Below, in pieces: positions 1-12,316 of a stretch of DNA of 64,000 bases. The notes under the pieces were generated by a model. The model was not told the origin of the DNA. It saw only the letters and a list, made by a program, of their open reading frames with translations, and searched no databases. This DNA comes from Mobula hypostoma (lineage: Eukaryota): assembly GCF_963921235.1 (NCBI RefSeq), contig NC_086097.1, positions 9,858,001 to 9,922,000 of the forward strand, read 5' to 3'. The translations under genes were made by a program, and so were the position numbers. Position 1 is the first letter of the stretch. Each line of letters opens with the position of its first letter.

Positions 1-610
1 ATTCGAAGGCTTTGGTTTTTCCATATCAGGCCATGATGCAGCCAATCAACACATTCTCCACAAGTATGAATGCTCGCCACAATCTTTGATGTCATGCGTA
101 TCTCTGCTAACTCCAGAGGAAGTACAGGTGCTACCATGCGTTCTTTCCAATTGCATTTACATGCTGAGTCCAGGACAGGTGGTATAGAAACTAAGGAATG
201 TAATGTTTCTAACCCTCTCCACCTCTGATCGTTCGAAGAAGACTGGTGCGGGGACCTCTGGTTTCCCTCTCCTGAAGTCTACAATCATGTCCTTGGTCTT
301 GCTGACATTGAGTGGGAGGTTGGCATTAAGACACCACTCAGACAAATTTTCCATCTCCCTCCTGTCTGCTGATTCATCATCCCGTTTGATACAACAGTGG
401 TGTCATCAGCAAGCTTGTATATGGCGTTGGAGCTGTACTTAGCCACACAGTCATAGGTGTAGAGCGAGTATAACAGGGCCCTAAGCACACAGCCCTGTGG
501 TGCTCCTGTGCTGATGGAGATCAAGGAAGATATATTTTTGTCAATCTAAAATGACTGGGGTCTACAAGGGAGAAAATACGGAATCCATTGCACAAGGGGA
601 TACTGAGACA
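1..610 (-). mobile_element. Rex1/Babar-clade LINE RT fragment (degenerate)
   Basis: ORF 285..524 gives STGAPQGCVLRALLYSLYTYDC...KLADDTTVV; ORF 157..354 gives WCLNANLPLNVSKTKDMIVDFRR. Both are typical Rex1 RT motifs, in different frames. Confidence 0.85.
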
Positions 611-1299
611 CCAACGACCACCTATGTGCAAAAACAAATCGCACAAAAATGGCAACAAAAAAGAACAAGCAAAATCAAAGAATATAAAACACAAAAATGA
701 AAGACTCCATATATATTTCAGTCCGGGTTACCATGATGGTATGATAGACTTAGATAGGGACATGTGCTTGACGATGATGCACAGAGTGTTGTATTTTAAA
801 CTGTCTTGAACTGCTCTGTTTGCCCTGAGCAAAGGACACAAACTATGCCACTGTGTGACCTATCTGGTATTTTGTACCACGTAGAATGACGGAAGTGTCG
901 CACCAAACTAATGAAAGTGCCCACTGTGTGATAACAGTGCTCATTTCCACAAGGGTTGAGTACAATGACTTCACAAATACTATCTATGTTATCACTCAGG
1001 GTATATTTATTTAATTAACAAAAACCGAATCCCTCAGCTGCCATGTTGGATATTAAACACATATATCTAAATAATTAGCAGAAGTCTTCGGAATACTAGT
1101 TCAATATCAAGTTTTTCAGACTGTTCACCTGTGACATCTTTCTCAGTAATATTAATATCTTTTCCAACAGAGTCAATCTATAAAGTATTTCAGTTATTTT
1201 AATAATATCAATAGTTAGTTTTCAAATAAACTGTGCAGTAATAAATTATTAATTAATCTTATTATATAGTTCAGATTATGAACAAAATGTGCTACTTAA

Positions 1300-1560
1300 T
1301 GAGTTGAGAGTTAAAGGGCAAAAGTTTAGGGGGAACTTCTTTCCTCAGAGAGTGGTAGCTGTGTGGCACGAGCTTCCAGCAGAAGTGGTAGAGGCAGGTT
1401 GGTGTTTAAAGTTAAATTAGATAGCTATATGGACAGGAAAGGAATGGAGGGTTATGGGCTGAGTGCAGGTTGGTGGGCCTAGGTGAGAGTAAGAGTTTGG
1501 CACGGACTAGAAGGGCCGAGATGGCCTGTTTCTGTGCTATAATTGTTATATGGTTATAAT
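1300..1560 (+). mobile_element. CR1 LINE 3' end fragment
   Basis: ttcctcagagagtggtagctgtgtgg (FF.QRVV..W motif) followed by the gggccgagatggcctgtttctgtgct 3' stem-loop and tail. Confidence 0.75.
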
Positions 1561-1599
1561 TATGTGCTGTCTTCTGAGTTCTGTGGTTAGCAATCTTTT

Positions 1600-2190
1600 T
1601 TTTGACGGGGAGGCGTAAAAGAGTGAGATGGATCAGCTGTATGAGTGGTGTCACACCAACAACTTTGCACTCAGTACCAGTGAGACCAAGGAATTCGTGG
1701 TAATCTTCAGGAAGTGGAAGTTGAGGGAAGATGCATTGAGGGATCAGCAGTGGAAAGGAACTTTTGAGTTTCTGAGTGTCAACATCTCAGAGGATCAATG
1801 CTGGGGCCCAACATATTGACGCAATTACAAAGACAGCACGACACGGGCTATATTTCATTAGGGGTTTGAGGGAAATTGGTATGTCTTCAAAGACTCTTGC
1901 AAATTTCTATGGATATACTGTGGAGAGCAACCTAACTGTTGCATCACTGTCTGGTATAGAGAGGTCTGGAAAAAGCTGCAGAAAGATGTAAACTCAGCTG
2001 GCTCCATCATGGGCACTAGCCTCCCCAGCATGAAGGACATTTTCAAAGGACAATGTCATCGGTCATATATACACACACATGTATATTTCTTGTAATTTAT
2101 AGTTTTTAAAAAAATTTGTTTTGCAGTGTACAGCTGCTGCAAAACAACAGATTTCACAACATACGCCAGTGATATTAAACGTGATTCTGA
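1600..2190 (+). mobile_element. Rex1/Babar LINE 3' fragment with 3' UTR
   Basis: Peptides WCHTNNFALSTSETKEFVVIFRK and ARHGLYFIRGLREIGMSSKTLANFY; tail ends in gtgatattaaacgtgattctga. Confidence 0.75.
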
Positions 2191-2249
2191 GTTTCCAGTA
2201 TCTGCAGATTTTCTCTTGTCTCTGAAAGGAAAAGGCCCTTCCAGCTCAA

Positions 2250-2432
2250 TGAGTCCACACTGCCTTATTACACCCATCTGACTAACTAACCTACTAAAGC
2301 TCGTGCGCCTTTGGAATATGGCAGAAAGCCCACACAGTCACAGTGAGAACTTACAGACTGGAGTAGTAATCGACCCCATGTCAGTGGCACTGTAAAATGT
2401 TACACTAACCACCTTGCTGCCATGCCATCCCA
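2250..2432 (-). mobile_element. V-SINE (HE1-like) remnant
   Basis: Reverse complement of the tRNA-like head (tggtagcaaggtggttagtgtaaca-like) and V-domain-like body; similar to 7258-7548. Confidence 0.55.
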
Positions 2433-2584
2433 TGAACTGTTGCTCTTCACTGTCTATGACATGCTCATCATGACCAAGAGGTGACAATAAAGACATTATG
2501 ATATGATTGTTACGCCTGAAAATCACTGTGAAGTAATTCATTTGAAAGTATGTTGGATGAGAAGCCAATCTCCCAGTTCTTAAC

Positions 2585-2810
2585 AACATAAGATATAGGA
2601 ACTGAACTAGGTCATTGAGTCTTCTCCACTATTTCATCATGGCTGACCCTTTACCCTCTCAGCCCCAATCTCCTGCTTTTTCCCTATATCCCCTCATGCC
2701 CTGACCAATCAAGAATCTATCAATATCTGGCTTAAATAGACCCAATGACTTGGCCTCCACAGCCACCTGTGGCAATGAATTCCACTGATTCACCGCTCTC
2801 TGGCGAAAGA
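2585..2810 (-). mobile_element. CR1 LINE 3' end fragment
   Basis: cataagatatagga tail and ttggcctccacagccacctgtggcaatgaattccac, the reverse complement of the CR1 ORF2 end. Confidence 0.8.
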
Positions 2811-3957
2811 CTCTTCTGCTGAAGTTTCACACTTGAAGTTTGAAACATTATCAAAAAGGGCTTAACTTTGCTCTTTCTCTTTAGCTCTTTGCTAAAGCTA
2901 AATGGGCTATATTACAGACCCTTAGCTGACAGTTCAATCTTCTTTCCATATCCCTTGCTTGTGTCCTGTGTGTCCCACTATCAACTGTTGACATGGTGCT
3001 GGGTAAACAGAGCTACAGGAGAAGAAATAATATATATTTATACAAAAAGAGCAAGATGCATTGTCGATTAGAGCCAATATTATCTTGACTCATTTTCTCA
3101 GAGCACATGAATGATTTTTATCTCCTACCCACTTGAAAAATTTCATGCGGACAACAATCAGTGTTTATCATATGGATGATCCCCCAAATGATACTAACAG
3201 TGCAATATTTGTGATTTTAGAAACTGCATTGTTCAAAAATGTTCTTTTGGTCTATTGAGTAAAGATAACAGAACTGTATAAAAAAAAAATCACAGGCTTG
3301 CCCTTCTTTCAAAGTCTTGCTGTCTGCCTCTTGCTGTCTGATTTCTTTTTGTTTAAAAAAATACTTTTGAGTGATTTCTCTGCAATTTACATTTTATACA
3401 AAGGATATCAAATACATCAGTTTTGACTTTGCTACCCTTGGGAAGTCTCAGGTGAAACATATTACTGAAGTAAGCATAAAAGAAAGGATATATTTGTAAT
3501 TCCATATTTCAAAGAAAACATGTTCATAAAAGGTCTCCCACTAGACTCAAAGACTGGAGTGATATCTGCAAAGAATATTAAAGTTAGAGAGTGGGGCTAA
3601 GCATTCCCAGACAACCTATGTCATAGACATTGTTTTCCCTGGGAAGTTGCAGTTAAAATGAAGTGGTTAGGATTTCATCAATAATACACTTCTCCACCCA
3701 CCCCACCAATAAAATGGCATAAACTGTAAGATACTGCAATATCTGATTGAACACACATTATTTACAGCCTCTGCTTAAACACAAAACACATAAAATGCAC
3801 TGGCCTTGAAATTACGCTATGTGAATGATACAGTGGAGAGGTTTAATGCTTTCTTATACAGTCACTTTGTTAGTTGAAGTGAGGTGCTAGCCTATATAAA
3901 CGAATGCCTCAATGATTCTGTTCAAATACTTGCAAGTGAATGGAATCCATTAAGGCT

Positions 3958-4255
3958 CGCGGATGAGATGTTAAACTGGGGCTACATCTGCCTTCTCAGG
4001 TGCATATAAAAGACTGCGTGTCATTATTTCAAAAAGGAGGAGGAGATATCATTGCTCTCCTAGTTGATTTATCTCCCCATCCACAGATGTAAAAATACAT
4101 AACCTGGTTATTAGCCCACTGCTATTTGTGCCGACCTACTATACAGAAAAAAAGCTGTCACATTTCCTGCAACTTCAATGGTAATACATTATCTGAGGAG
4201 CACTGAGATATCCTGGGGTTATAATGGATAGAGTATAAATATACTTGTTTCTTTA
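3958..4255 (+). mobile_element. Ancient DeuSINE (AmnSINE1/SacSINE1-like) remnant
   Basis: ggatgagatgttaaactgggg...tctgccttctcaggtgcatataaaaga...ctggttattagcccactgctatttgtg...gctgtcacatttcctgc...tataaatatacttgtttcttt follows the Deu-domain consensus as I recall it. Confidence 0.75.
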
Positions 4256-4315
4256 TTACTGAAATTCTGCTTTATACTCTTCTCCATTCCTCTCTTTGGC
4301 AGGCCTGTGGAAGTG

Positions 4316-4975
4316 ACCATAAGACATAAGACATAGGAGCAGAATTAGGCCATTCAACCCATCGAGTCTGCTCCGCCATTCCATCATGTTGTTGCTCCTT
4401 TCTGGCACACTGGGCAGCAATCTTGCTGTTTCTTTAGCATTTGTCTTTTTTTAATGAGGCCAAGTTGCTAGCTCAATGCTCAACGCAGCTAGGATGGAAA
4501 GCGTGCAAAGAGCCAGTTGGGTTCGAACCTGGAGCCACACACCTCAAAGCCTGGTGTGGATGCAACTATCCCACTGGCTTGCTCATTCCATCCTGGCAGA
4601 TTTATTATCCCTCTCAACCTCATTCTCCTGCCTTCTCCCCATAACCTTTGATGCCATACTAATCAATTAACTTCCTATTTAAATATGCACATTGACTTAA
4701 ACTCCACTGCTTCTGTGGCAATGAGTAACATAGATTCACTATTCTTTGGCTATTCATCCTCATCTCTGCTCTAAGTGGACATCCCTCTATTCCGAGGTGT
4801 GCCCTATGGCTCTAGACTTACCCATAATAGGAAACAATCACTCTACCACCAAACGGTCCTCATACCCTTTGATTCTTCTGAACTTCCTCTGGACCCTCTC
4901 CAAAGCCAGCACATCTTTTCTTAGATAAGGGGCCAAAATCTGCTCACAATACTCCAAGAGCAGTCTAACTGCAAC
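4316..4975 (-). mobile_element. CR1 LINE 3' fragment, interrupted by a SINE
   Basis: accataagacataagacataggagcagaattaggcc tail; antisense ORF2 C-terminal motifs. Confidence 0.8.
4388..4585 (-). mobile_element. tRNA-derived SINE inserted in a CR1 3' UTR
   Basis: Minus strand has a B-box ggttcgaaccc and a (caa)n-like tail; it splits the CR1 sequence ccatcatg...gcagatttatt. Confidence 0.6.
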
Positions 4976-4984
4976 AGTACCATT

Positions 4985-5526
4985 TCAACAGTTTTGGGCC
5001 CCATGTGGATGTGTTGTCACTGGAGACAGTTCAGAGGAGGTTCACGACTTTGAGGATCCGGGTGTAAAGGGGTTAACATATGAGGAACGTTTGGCAGCTT
5101 TGGGCCTTTACTCACTAGAATTTGGAAGAATGCGGGGAAGGGGGGAGGGGGGGTTGATCTCATTGAAATCTACTGAATTTTGTAGGGTGGATGTGGGGAG
5201 GATGCTTCCTATGGTGGGGGTATCCAGAACTAAAGGGCACAGACTCAAAATTGAGGGGCAACCCTTTAGAACAAAGGTAAGGAGGAATTTTTTAGCTAGA
5301 GGGTAGTGAATTTGTGGAATGCTCTGCCACAGACTGTGGCGGAGGCCAAGTCCATGGGTATATTTAAGGTGCAATTTGATCGTATCCTGATCAGTCAGGG
5401 CATCGAAGGATATGGCGAGAAGTATGGAGTCGTGTGCGATCCGGGATCAGGCATGATGGAATAGAGCAAACTCAATGGGCTGAATGGCTTAATTCTGCTC
5501 CTTTGTCTTTCTTTCTTATGGTCTTA
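4985..5526 (+). mobile_element. CR1 LINE 3' fragment
   Basis: ALGLYSLEFGRMRG and RTKGHRLKIEG...FRTKVRRNF; ends in cttatggtctta. Confidence 0.8.
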
Positions 5527-5624
5527 CCATGCCAACCTTTATTGCAGTTTGCTTTTATGTCCTTTCTTGCAATACTTGATCTTGCAATGTTCCTACTGCA
5601 ATAGTCATCTACATCAACTCTATC

Positions 5625-5930
5625 TTGGCCTTTCAATATTCAATAGGCTTCAATGAGATCCCCCCTCAATCTTCTAAACATCTGCAAGTACAGGCCCAGA
5701 GCTATCAAATGCTCTTCATACATTAACCTTCTCATTCATGGAGTCATTCTTTTGAAACTCTTCTGGACCTTCTCCAATGCCAGCACATCTTTGCCTAGAT
5801 ATCAGACCTAAAACTGCTCACAACACTCCAAGTGTGGTCTGACTATTGACTTATAAAGCCTTAGCATTACATCTTTGCTCTTATATTCTAGTCCCCTTGA
5901 AATGAATGCCAACATTGCATTTGCCTTCGT
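5625..5930 (-). mobile_element. CR1 ORF2 fragment
   Basis: KANAMLAFISRGLEYKSKDVMLRLYKSIVRPHLECCEQF. Confidence 0.8.
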
Positions 5931-6134
5931 GAGTGCAAATAATTTATTTTGACTCCTGTCTCTGGGTTCTGTTCCTGTTGATGAGGTAGGTGTGAGACTC
6001 ATAGTCCTGGATTGTTTAGAGCAGGTAGGTTGTTGTTGACTATGACAGATGATGCACTTCTGTAATTTTCCAGGGTTTCAGCTTGCTCTCAATGAAGATA
6101 CTTCAGGTTCTCAGTGACAATGGTATGAACCATG

Positions 6135-7233
6135 GTACTGTCGTCGTGGCTATCCCTCAAGGTCAAGGATGATGCTCTTTATTCCATTGATCTACTTATG
6201 GGCTCTCAAGTGGCTTATGAGTCCAACCTTTGCTTTGAAAGTTCTTCTGCATTCAGGACAGGTAGTTCCAGGTGGCAGATCGGGTTTTGGTTGTTGCTGC
6301 CTCTCTTTCCATTTTCTTCTCTTTTCTTCTAATTCTGCACATCTGTTGGCTTCGAAAGTTGCTGTTCCTTCTCGGATGACGGCTTGCCAGAGTTTCCTGT
6401 CCTTGGCATTGGTTTCCCAATTGTTGATGTCGATGTTACATTTCTTCATGTTGGCTTTTAAGACGTCTTTGAATCTCTTCTGTTGTCCGCCTCTTTTACG
6501 TTTGCCTTCTTTAAGCTGGGAGTAGAAGATTTGTTTCGGCAGACGTTCATCTTTCATCCGAACAACATGACCTCTCCATCTTAGTTGGTTCTTGATGACA
6601 TGGGCTTCAATGCTTGTTGTTTTTATTTCATTTAGCACGCTGACGTTGGTTCTTCTATCTTCCCAGCTGATACTTAAGATGTTTCGAAGACAGCGTTGAT
6701 GGAACTTTTCAAGTGCCTTCAGATGTCGTCGGTATGTTGTCCAGGTTTCTGATGCATACAGGAACGTTAGGATCACCACTGCTTTGTACACTAACATTTT
6801 GGTGTCTGTTTGGATGTCACGATCATGAAAGACTCTTGTTTGGAGAAGTACAAAAGCTGTTCCAGCGCATTTAAGACGATGTTGGATCTCGTCATTAAGG
6901 TCGACATTGGAGGAGAGATGACTTCCAAGATATGGAAAGTGGTCCACGTTTTCCAGGGTTGTTTCGCCAAGTTGAATTGATGGTTCTATCTGACTTGTCT
7001 CAGTTGGTGACGGTTGGTAGATGATCTGAGACTTCTTTGAATTGGTGATAAGTCCAAGTTTCATGTATGCACGGTTGCAGACAGTCAGAATCTGTTGTAG
7101 GTGGTTTTCTGAGAGAGCTGTAACACTGTTGTCATCTGCGTATTGGAACTCGATAAGGGAACTCATGGATGTCTTGTTTTTGGACTTGAGACAGGCAAGG
7201 TTGAAAAGTCTGCCATCTGTTCTGTAGACAATT
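6135..7233 (-). mobile_element. RTE-clade LINE, 5'-truncated, with an uninterrupted RT C-terminal ORF (6192..7166)
   Basis: 324-aa ORF with QYADD, FPYLGS, QLRWRGHVVRM..ERLPKQIFY, RKRGGQQKRFKD and a C-terminal C2H2-like CPECRRTFKAKVGLISHLRAH; short 3' UTR ending in (acg)n. Confidence 0.9.
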
Positions 7234-7257
7234 TCATAAGGTCAAGGGTGAGGCCCC

Positions 7258-7548
7258 TCACGGTACTGTAGCAGTTAGCACAACACTTTTACGGCTCAGA
7301 CTGTTGGAGTTCAGAGTTCAACTCTGATGCTATTTGTAAGGAAACTGTACATTGTCCCCATGGAATGTGTGGGTTTTCCCCAGGTGCTCCTATTTCCTCC
7401 CACAGTCCAAGGATGTACCATCCAATAAGTTAATTAGTCAATGTAAACTGTCCTGTGATTAGGCGAGGGTTTAATTGGGGGTTGCAGAGCAGTGTGGCTT
7501 GATGTGCCAGAAGGGCCTAATCTGCACTGTATCTCTAAATAAAATAAG
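7258..7548 (+). mobile_element. V-SINE (HE1-like)
   Basis: tRNA-like head, V-domain core ggtgctcctatttcctcccacagtccaaggatg, CR1-derived 3' tail gccagaagggcc...ctgtatctctaaataaa. Confidence 0.8.
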
Positions 7549-7929
7549 ATCTCTCCCTTTCCATCTTAAGCAATCATTGACCAGGAGTTCCCACGAATCA
7601 GTGGGTATGTCATTCAAGATTCAAGATTGTTTAATGTCATTCATCGGTACACAAGTGTAACTGAAGACGGCTGTGACATTCAGGAACTCAGGGACTTGGA
7701 TTATATATATTTTTTGTGCAACTGTATTTTACTGCTGTCTTATTTGTGTCATATGTGCCTTGAGCTGTGTACGACTGTTGGTACTGTGTTTAGCACCTTG
7801 GCACTGGAGTAATGCTATTTCATTTGCCTATATTTATGGCTAATCATGTATGGTTAAATGACAATTAAACTTGAAATTTAAGTATAAAGGACGTTGGATT
7901 GGATTGTATAATTATAATTATTTCTCCTG

Positions 7930-8520
7930 TAGTTTAATTTTCTTACACTTGCTTGTATTTTTATATCATTACCTATATACATGTTCAAAGATCCAAGTAG
8001 ATTTATTATCATATTTATCATTATATGCCACCGTATACAACGCTGAGATTCATTTTTTGTGAGGATACACAATAAATACAATAACCATAGTTAAATGTAA
8101 TAATTACAATCAACAGAGCAACAGTCAATGTGACAAAGAGAACAAACTGTGCAAATACAAAAAGAAAGAAAAAGTAATAAATAAATAAGCAATAGATATT
8201 GAGAATCTGAGAAGAAGAGTCTTTGAAAGTGAGTCCATTGGTTGTGGGAAGAGTTCAGTGATGGGGCAACTGAAGGTGAGTGAAGTTATTCCCTCTGGTT
8301 CAGGAGCCTGATGGCTGAGAGGTAATAACTGTTCCTGAACTTGGTGGTGACAGTCCTGAGGCTCCTGTACCTTCTTCTTGATGGCTACAGTGAAAAGCGA
8401 GCATAACCTGTGCATTAGCTGTTCCTGATGACAGATGCTGCTTTCCTGAGACAACACTGCATGTAGATGTTCTCAATGATGGGGAGGGCTTTACCTGTGA
8501 TGGACTGTCCAGATCCACTA
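7930..8520 (-). mobile_element. Rex1/Babar 3' end and 3' UTR
   Basis: Antisense of the S.RRYRSL..T.TRF.NSYYPSAIRLLN-type C-terminus plus 3' UTR; appears to resume near 9200-9310. Confidence 0.7.
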
Positions 8521-8685
8521 CTTCAAAGTTCAAAGTTCAAAGTAAATTTTAGTATCAAAGTACACGCATGTCACCATATACAACCCTGAAATACATTTTC
8601 TTGTGGATATATGCAACAAATCTATAGAATAATAACTATATCAGAATCAATGAAAGACCACCCAACTTTTTGTAAGATTTTCTCA

Positions 8686-9192
8686 ATTGAATTGAATTGA
8701 CCTTATTACTTACATCCTTCATATACATGAGGAGTAAAAATCTTTACGTTATATCTCTGTCTAAATGTTTAATGTGCCGTTTATAGTAATTATAATAAAT
8801 ATTATGTACAACAGGATAATCAATATAATATATAAGTACAGTTGTGTCAGTCTGATGGCCTGGTGGAAGAAGCTGTCCAGAAGCCTGTTGGTCCTGGATT
8901 TTATGCTGTGGTACTGTTTCCTGGATGGTAGCAGCTGGAACAGTATGTGGATGGGGTGACTTGGGTCCCCAGTGATCCGTCGGGCCATTTTTACACAGTT
9001 GTCTTTGTAAATGTCCTGAATAGTAGAAAGTTCACAGCTACAGATGCGCTGGGTTGTCCACACCACTCTCAGCAGAGTCCTGCGATTGAGGGAAGTACAA
9101 TTCCCATAACAGGCAGTGATGCAGCCAGTCAGGATGCTCTCAGTTGTGCCTGTGTAGAAAGTTCTTAGGATTTGGGGGCCCATACCAAACAA
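8686..9192 (-). mobile_element. Rex1/Babar 3' fragment, same subfamily as 24101-26607
   Basis: ORF 8761..9192: ILRTFYTGTTESILTGCITACYGNC...DPSHP...FFHQAIRL; (aattc)n tail. Confidence 0.85.
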
Positions 9193-9434
9193 GGGAATTG
9201 TTCAAGGAAATTGGTGTTTCCATACCAATTGTGTGCAGTCAATAGACTGTCCACCACACATCTATAGAAGTTTGTTGAAGTTTTAGATGTCATGCCAAGT
9301 CATCCAATATCAGAAACCACACTCACGCTGAAATACCCAGCACTTTGCAATTCTGATCACATTGAAATCAATGGCATATTACTTTAAGTTTTATGTACAT
9401 TACTAATCATTTACTTCTTACCCATAATGCACGT

Positions 9435-9700
9435 TCTTCTTCTTTTTCTCCTTCTTAAGCCCATTACCCCCACTGGGGCGTAGGCCATCAACAGCAGCTC
9501 AACTGAGCTCTCTGTCCTGGGCCTGTGTTTCAAGTTGTCCTCAGGTATAGTCCATCTTCGTGGTGTATCCTTCCACTCCCAGGGATGAAGTTGTTGGAAT
9601 ACTAGTTGGTGATCCTGTAGCTCAGTTTTTACAGGATGCAGTTACTAATCCCATGACCATCCCTCCTCCTTTCTCAGCCGAGCTTGGCATTGTTGTTGGC
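9435..9700 (-). mobile_element. RTE-related non-autonomous element or 3' fragment
   Basis: (gaa)n tail on the minus strand; tttttacaggatgcagttactaatcccatgaccatccctcctcc motif recurs at ~34235-34290. Confidence 0.5.
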
Positions 9701-10127
9701 ACACATTACTCCAAGTAATTCATGGAATACAGATCATAGAAGAGTACAGCACAGGGACAGACCCTTCAGCCCACAATATCTGTACTGGTCGTGATACCAA
9801 TTTGAATTGCACAATGTCTGAGCAAGTTCTCTATCACTTCATTCCCTGTCTTTTGTTCAAATGTTACCTGTAATTTTCTTCAGCTGATGTTCCAAGCAAC
9901 TCCGGGCCAATGGTAATGTATTCAATTGAATCAAAAAATTGGTTGGCTTAAATTTCACATTCAAGTTTATTTGTCATTTAACCATGCACATGAAACATCC
10001 AGATGAAACAATGATAAACAGGGTCAAGTTGCAAAACACAGTACCAACAGTCATACGCAGCTCAAGGCACCAAAAGCACATACTACAACAGCCGAAAAAC
10101 ATACAGATCAAAAAAAGACAAAAATAA

Positions 10128-10256
10128 AGAGTCCTGAAGCAGGGTTTTGGCCCAAAATGTTGACTGTTAACTCTTTGCTGCCTGACCTGCTGAGTCCCTT
10201 CAGCATTGTTATGTTTTGCTTTTGATTTCCAGCATCTGCAGACTTTCTCATGTTTA
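10128..10256 (+). mobile_element. Penelope-like terminal repeat with a degenerate hammerhead
   Basis: gtcctgaagcagggttttggcccaaaatgttgactg...ctgacctgctgag...ccagcatctgcagactttctc; homologous to 14515-14613. Confidence 0.7.
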
Positions 10257-10384
10257 AAAGATAGTATAGCCCAAGTCCCTGAGTGTCTTGGTCCCAAGTC
10301 CAACTAATATCCACTAGAATTGTAGTCATGTAGTCAAACAGCATGGAAACCAAAACTTCATCCCATTGAATCCATGTTGGCTGA

Positions 10385-11290
10385 TAAGTATACATGATGT
10401 CTATCGGAAACCTACTCACACAGACTTATACCTCGACGATCGCAGCCACCATCATAAGTAGAGCGGTTCTTTCTACTTTGATTAACCGTGCAAAAGCTAT
10501 TTCAGACCCAGTGAGTCTCCACAAAGAAATAAGACAATTATACATGATGTTCCTACAGAATGGCTACAAGGTGAAGGAAATCAATCAGTCCCTTAAAAGG
10601 GCCAACGTCAAAATCAAGGAACCTAACAACAAGGAAGAACCAGTCGCTACCACCTGTCTTCCCTATATTTCCAAGGTTTGTGGAAGGATCACCGGGATCC
10701 TGAAGAATTACTGGATTTATAATGTCAACAAACGTGTAAGGAAGCTCAAATCACAGTTTATGTGGGTCAAAGATGACCCCAGTCTCAGGACAGCTGCTGT
10801 TTACAGGATTTCCTGTGAACGTGGAGCAGTATATATCAGCCAGATGAGACATACGGTGGGAGCCCGCATCAAGGAGCACAGGAGGTGTATCGGTTTGGGT
10901 TATTTGGAGAAATTGGTGAAAGTAGACATTGCATTCACAATGTCCATAGGATTGACTTTGACAGCACAAAACTATTGTGTCTCATCAATGGCTTTTGGGG
11001 CCACCTGGTGAAGGAATCTATTGAAATAAAACTATAGGAAAATAACTTTAACAAAGACAGAGGTCTCACTCTAATTAAGAACTGGAATCCAACTGTGAAC
11101 AAGATAGGACAGCAGAAACCTGATTGGATGAGGACTAACCGATCAGGTGGGATGGATGACGGGTATAAATACTGTTGGACTAGCTATGCTAAGGCATCAT
11201 CACTGATGAAGATGGCAGAATTTATCACTGAAATGCCAATTGAAATTGATACCTGTTCTTGGCTGGAAGCCTGCGAAGAGTTTATTTGTC
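10385..11290 (+). mobile_element. Penelope-like element (Poseidon-type) 3' fragment: RT thumb, GIY-YIG, pLTR
   Basis: ORF 10394..11011: RAVLSTLINRAKAISD...FLQNGY...CLPYI...AVYRISCERGAVYISQM..TVGARIKEHRR; then tataaata and a degenerate ctgatgaag...gaaa motif at ~11203-11235. Confidence 0.8.
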
Positions 11291-11719
11291 AAAACTTGCA
11301 TCATTTAAAATTTTGAAATAAGGTAAATATGTTCATTAGAATGTATATTTATTTAGGAATTTTTGAAATCTAATAAATAATAAGTAAAAATAAGTTGATA
11401 GCTCAAGGATACCTTTTAAACACATCTTTTACAATACATTCCTCTCCTCACTGGTCCACCTGTAAGCTCAGTGATGAGTCCAGCAGAGAAGCAGAAAGCC
11501 TTCAATATGTTTTGAAATTCTATATTTCAATGACCATCCATGAGATTTTGTGACACTGTAGACAAAGTTTTAGTACATTCATTCAAATAATGTTGGTTTT
11601 TTTACGCCAAGCCAGTATTTGAATGCCCAACCTGATTGCACTTGAGAAGATGGTAACAAGTAACCTTGTTGAATTGCTGCATCTTCTTTAAGTAGGTGTC
11701 CCTTAATATCAGTTAGTAC

Positions 11720-11925
11720 AATGCTGTGGCAGCTCAAGGCATTGGAGCTCGCAGTTCCATTCTGGTGTCCTCTGTAAGGAGTTTGTACATTTTTCCCATG
11801 AACTGTGTGCGTTTCCTCCCACAGTCCAAAGATGTACTGGTTGGTGGGTTAATTGGTCTTTGGTCTTTGTAAATTTTTCTGTGATTAGGTTGGGGTTATT
11901 GGGGAGGTTTCATTGGGCTGGAAGA
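11720..11925 (+). mobile_element. V-SINE (HE1-like) fragment
   Basis: tttcctcccacagtccaaagatgtactgg V-domain. Confidence 0.7.
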
Positions 11926-11945
11926 CCATAAGACCATAAGATATA

Positions 11946-12316
11946 ATGTTGAAAGACACGGACAGAGTGGAGGTGGCAAAGTTGTTTCCCATGGTGGAGG
12001 AGTCTAGTACAAGAGGGCATGACTTAAGAATTGAAGGACGCCCTTTCAGAACAGAAATGTGAAGAAATTTTTTTAGTCAGAGGGTGGTGAATCTATGGAA
12101 TTTGTTGCCACGGGCAGCAGTGGAGGCCAAGTCATTGGGTGTATTTAAGGCAGAGATTGATAGGTATCTGAGTAGCCAGGGCATCAAAGGTTATGGTGAG
12201 AAGGCGGGGCAGTGGGGTTAAATGGGAGAATGGATCAGCTCATGATAAAATGGCGGAGCAGACTCGATGGGCTAAATGGCTGACTTCTGCTCCTTTGTCT
12301 TATGGTCTTATGGTCT
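11946..12316 (+). mobile_element. CR1 3' fragment inserted into the tail of an opposite-strand CR1
   Basis: TATA TSD at 11942-11945 and 12317-12320; closely matches 46266-46620. Confidence 0.85.

Noticed and set aside
1000..1110. Very old SINE-like remnants (also ~35700-35810 + 36270-36365) and a LINE tail at ~11610-11715
   Set aside because: They resemble common shark and ray ancient repeats from memory, but are too degenerate to name or bound reliably.
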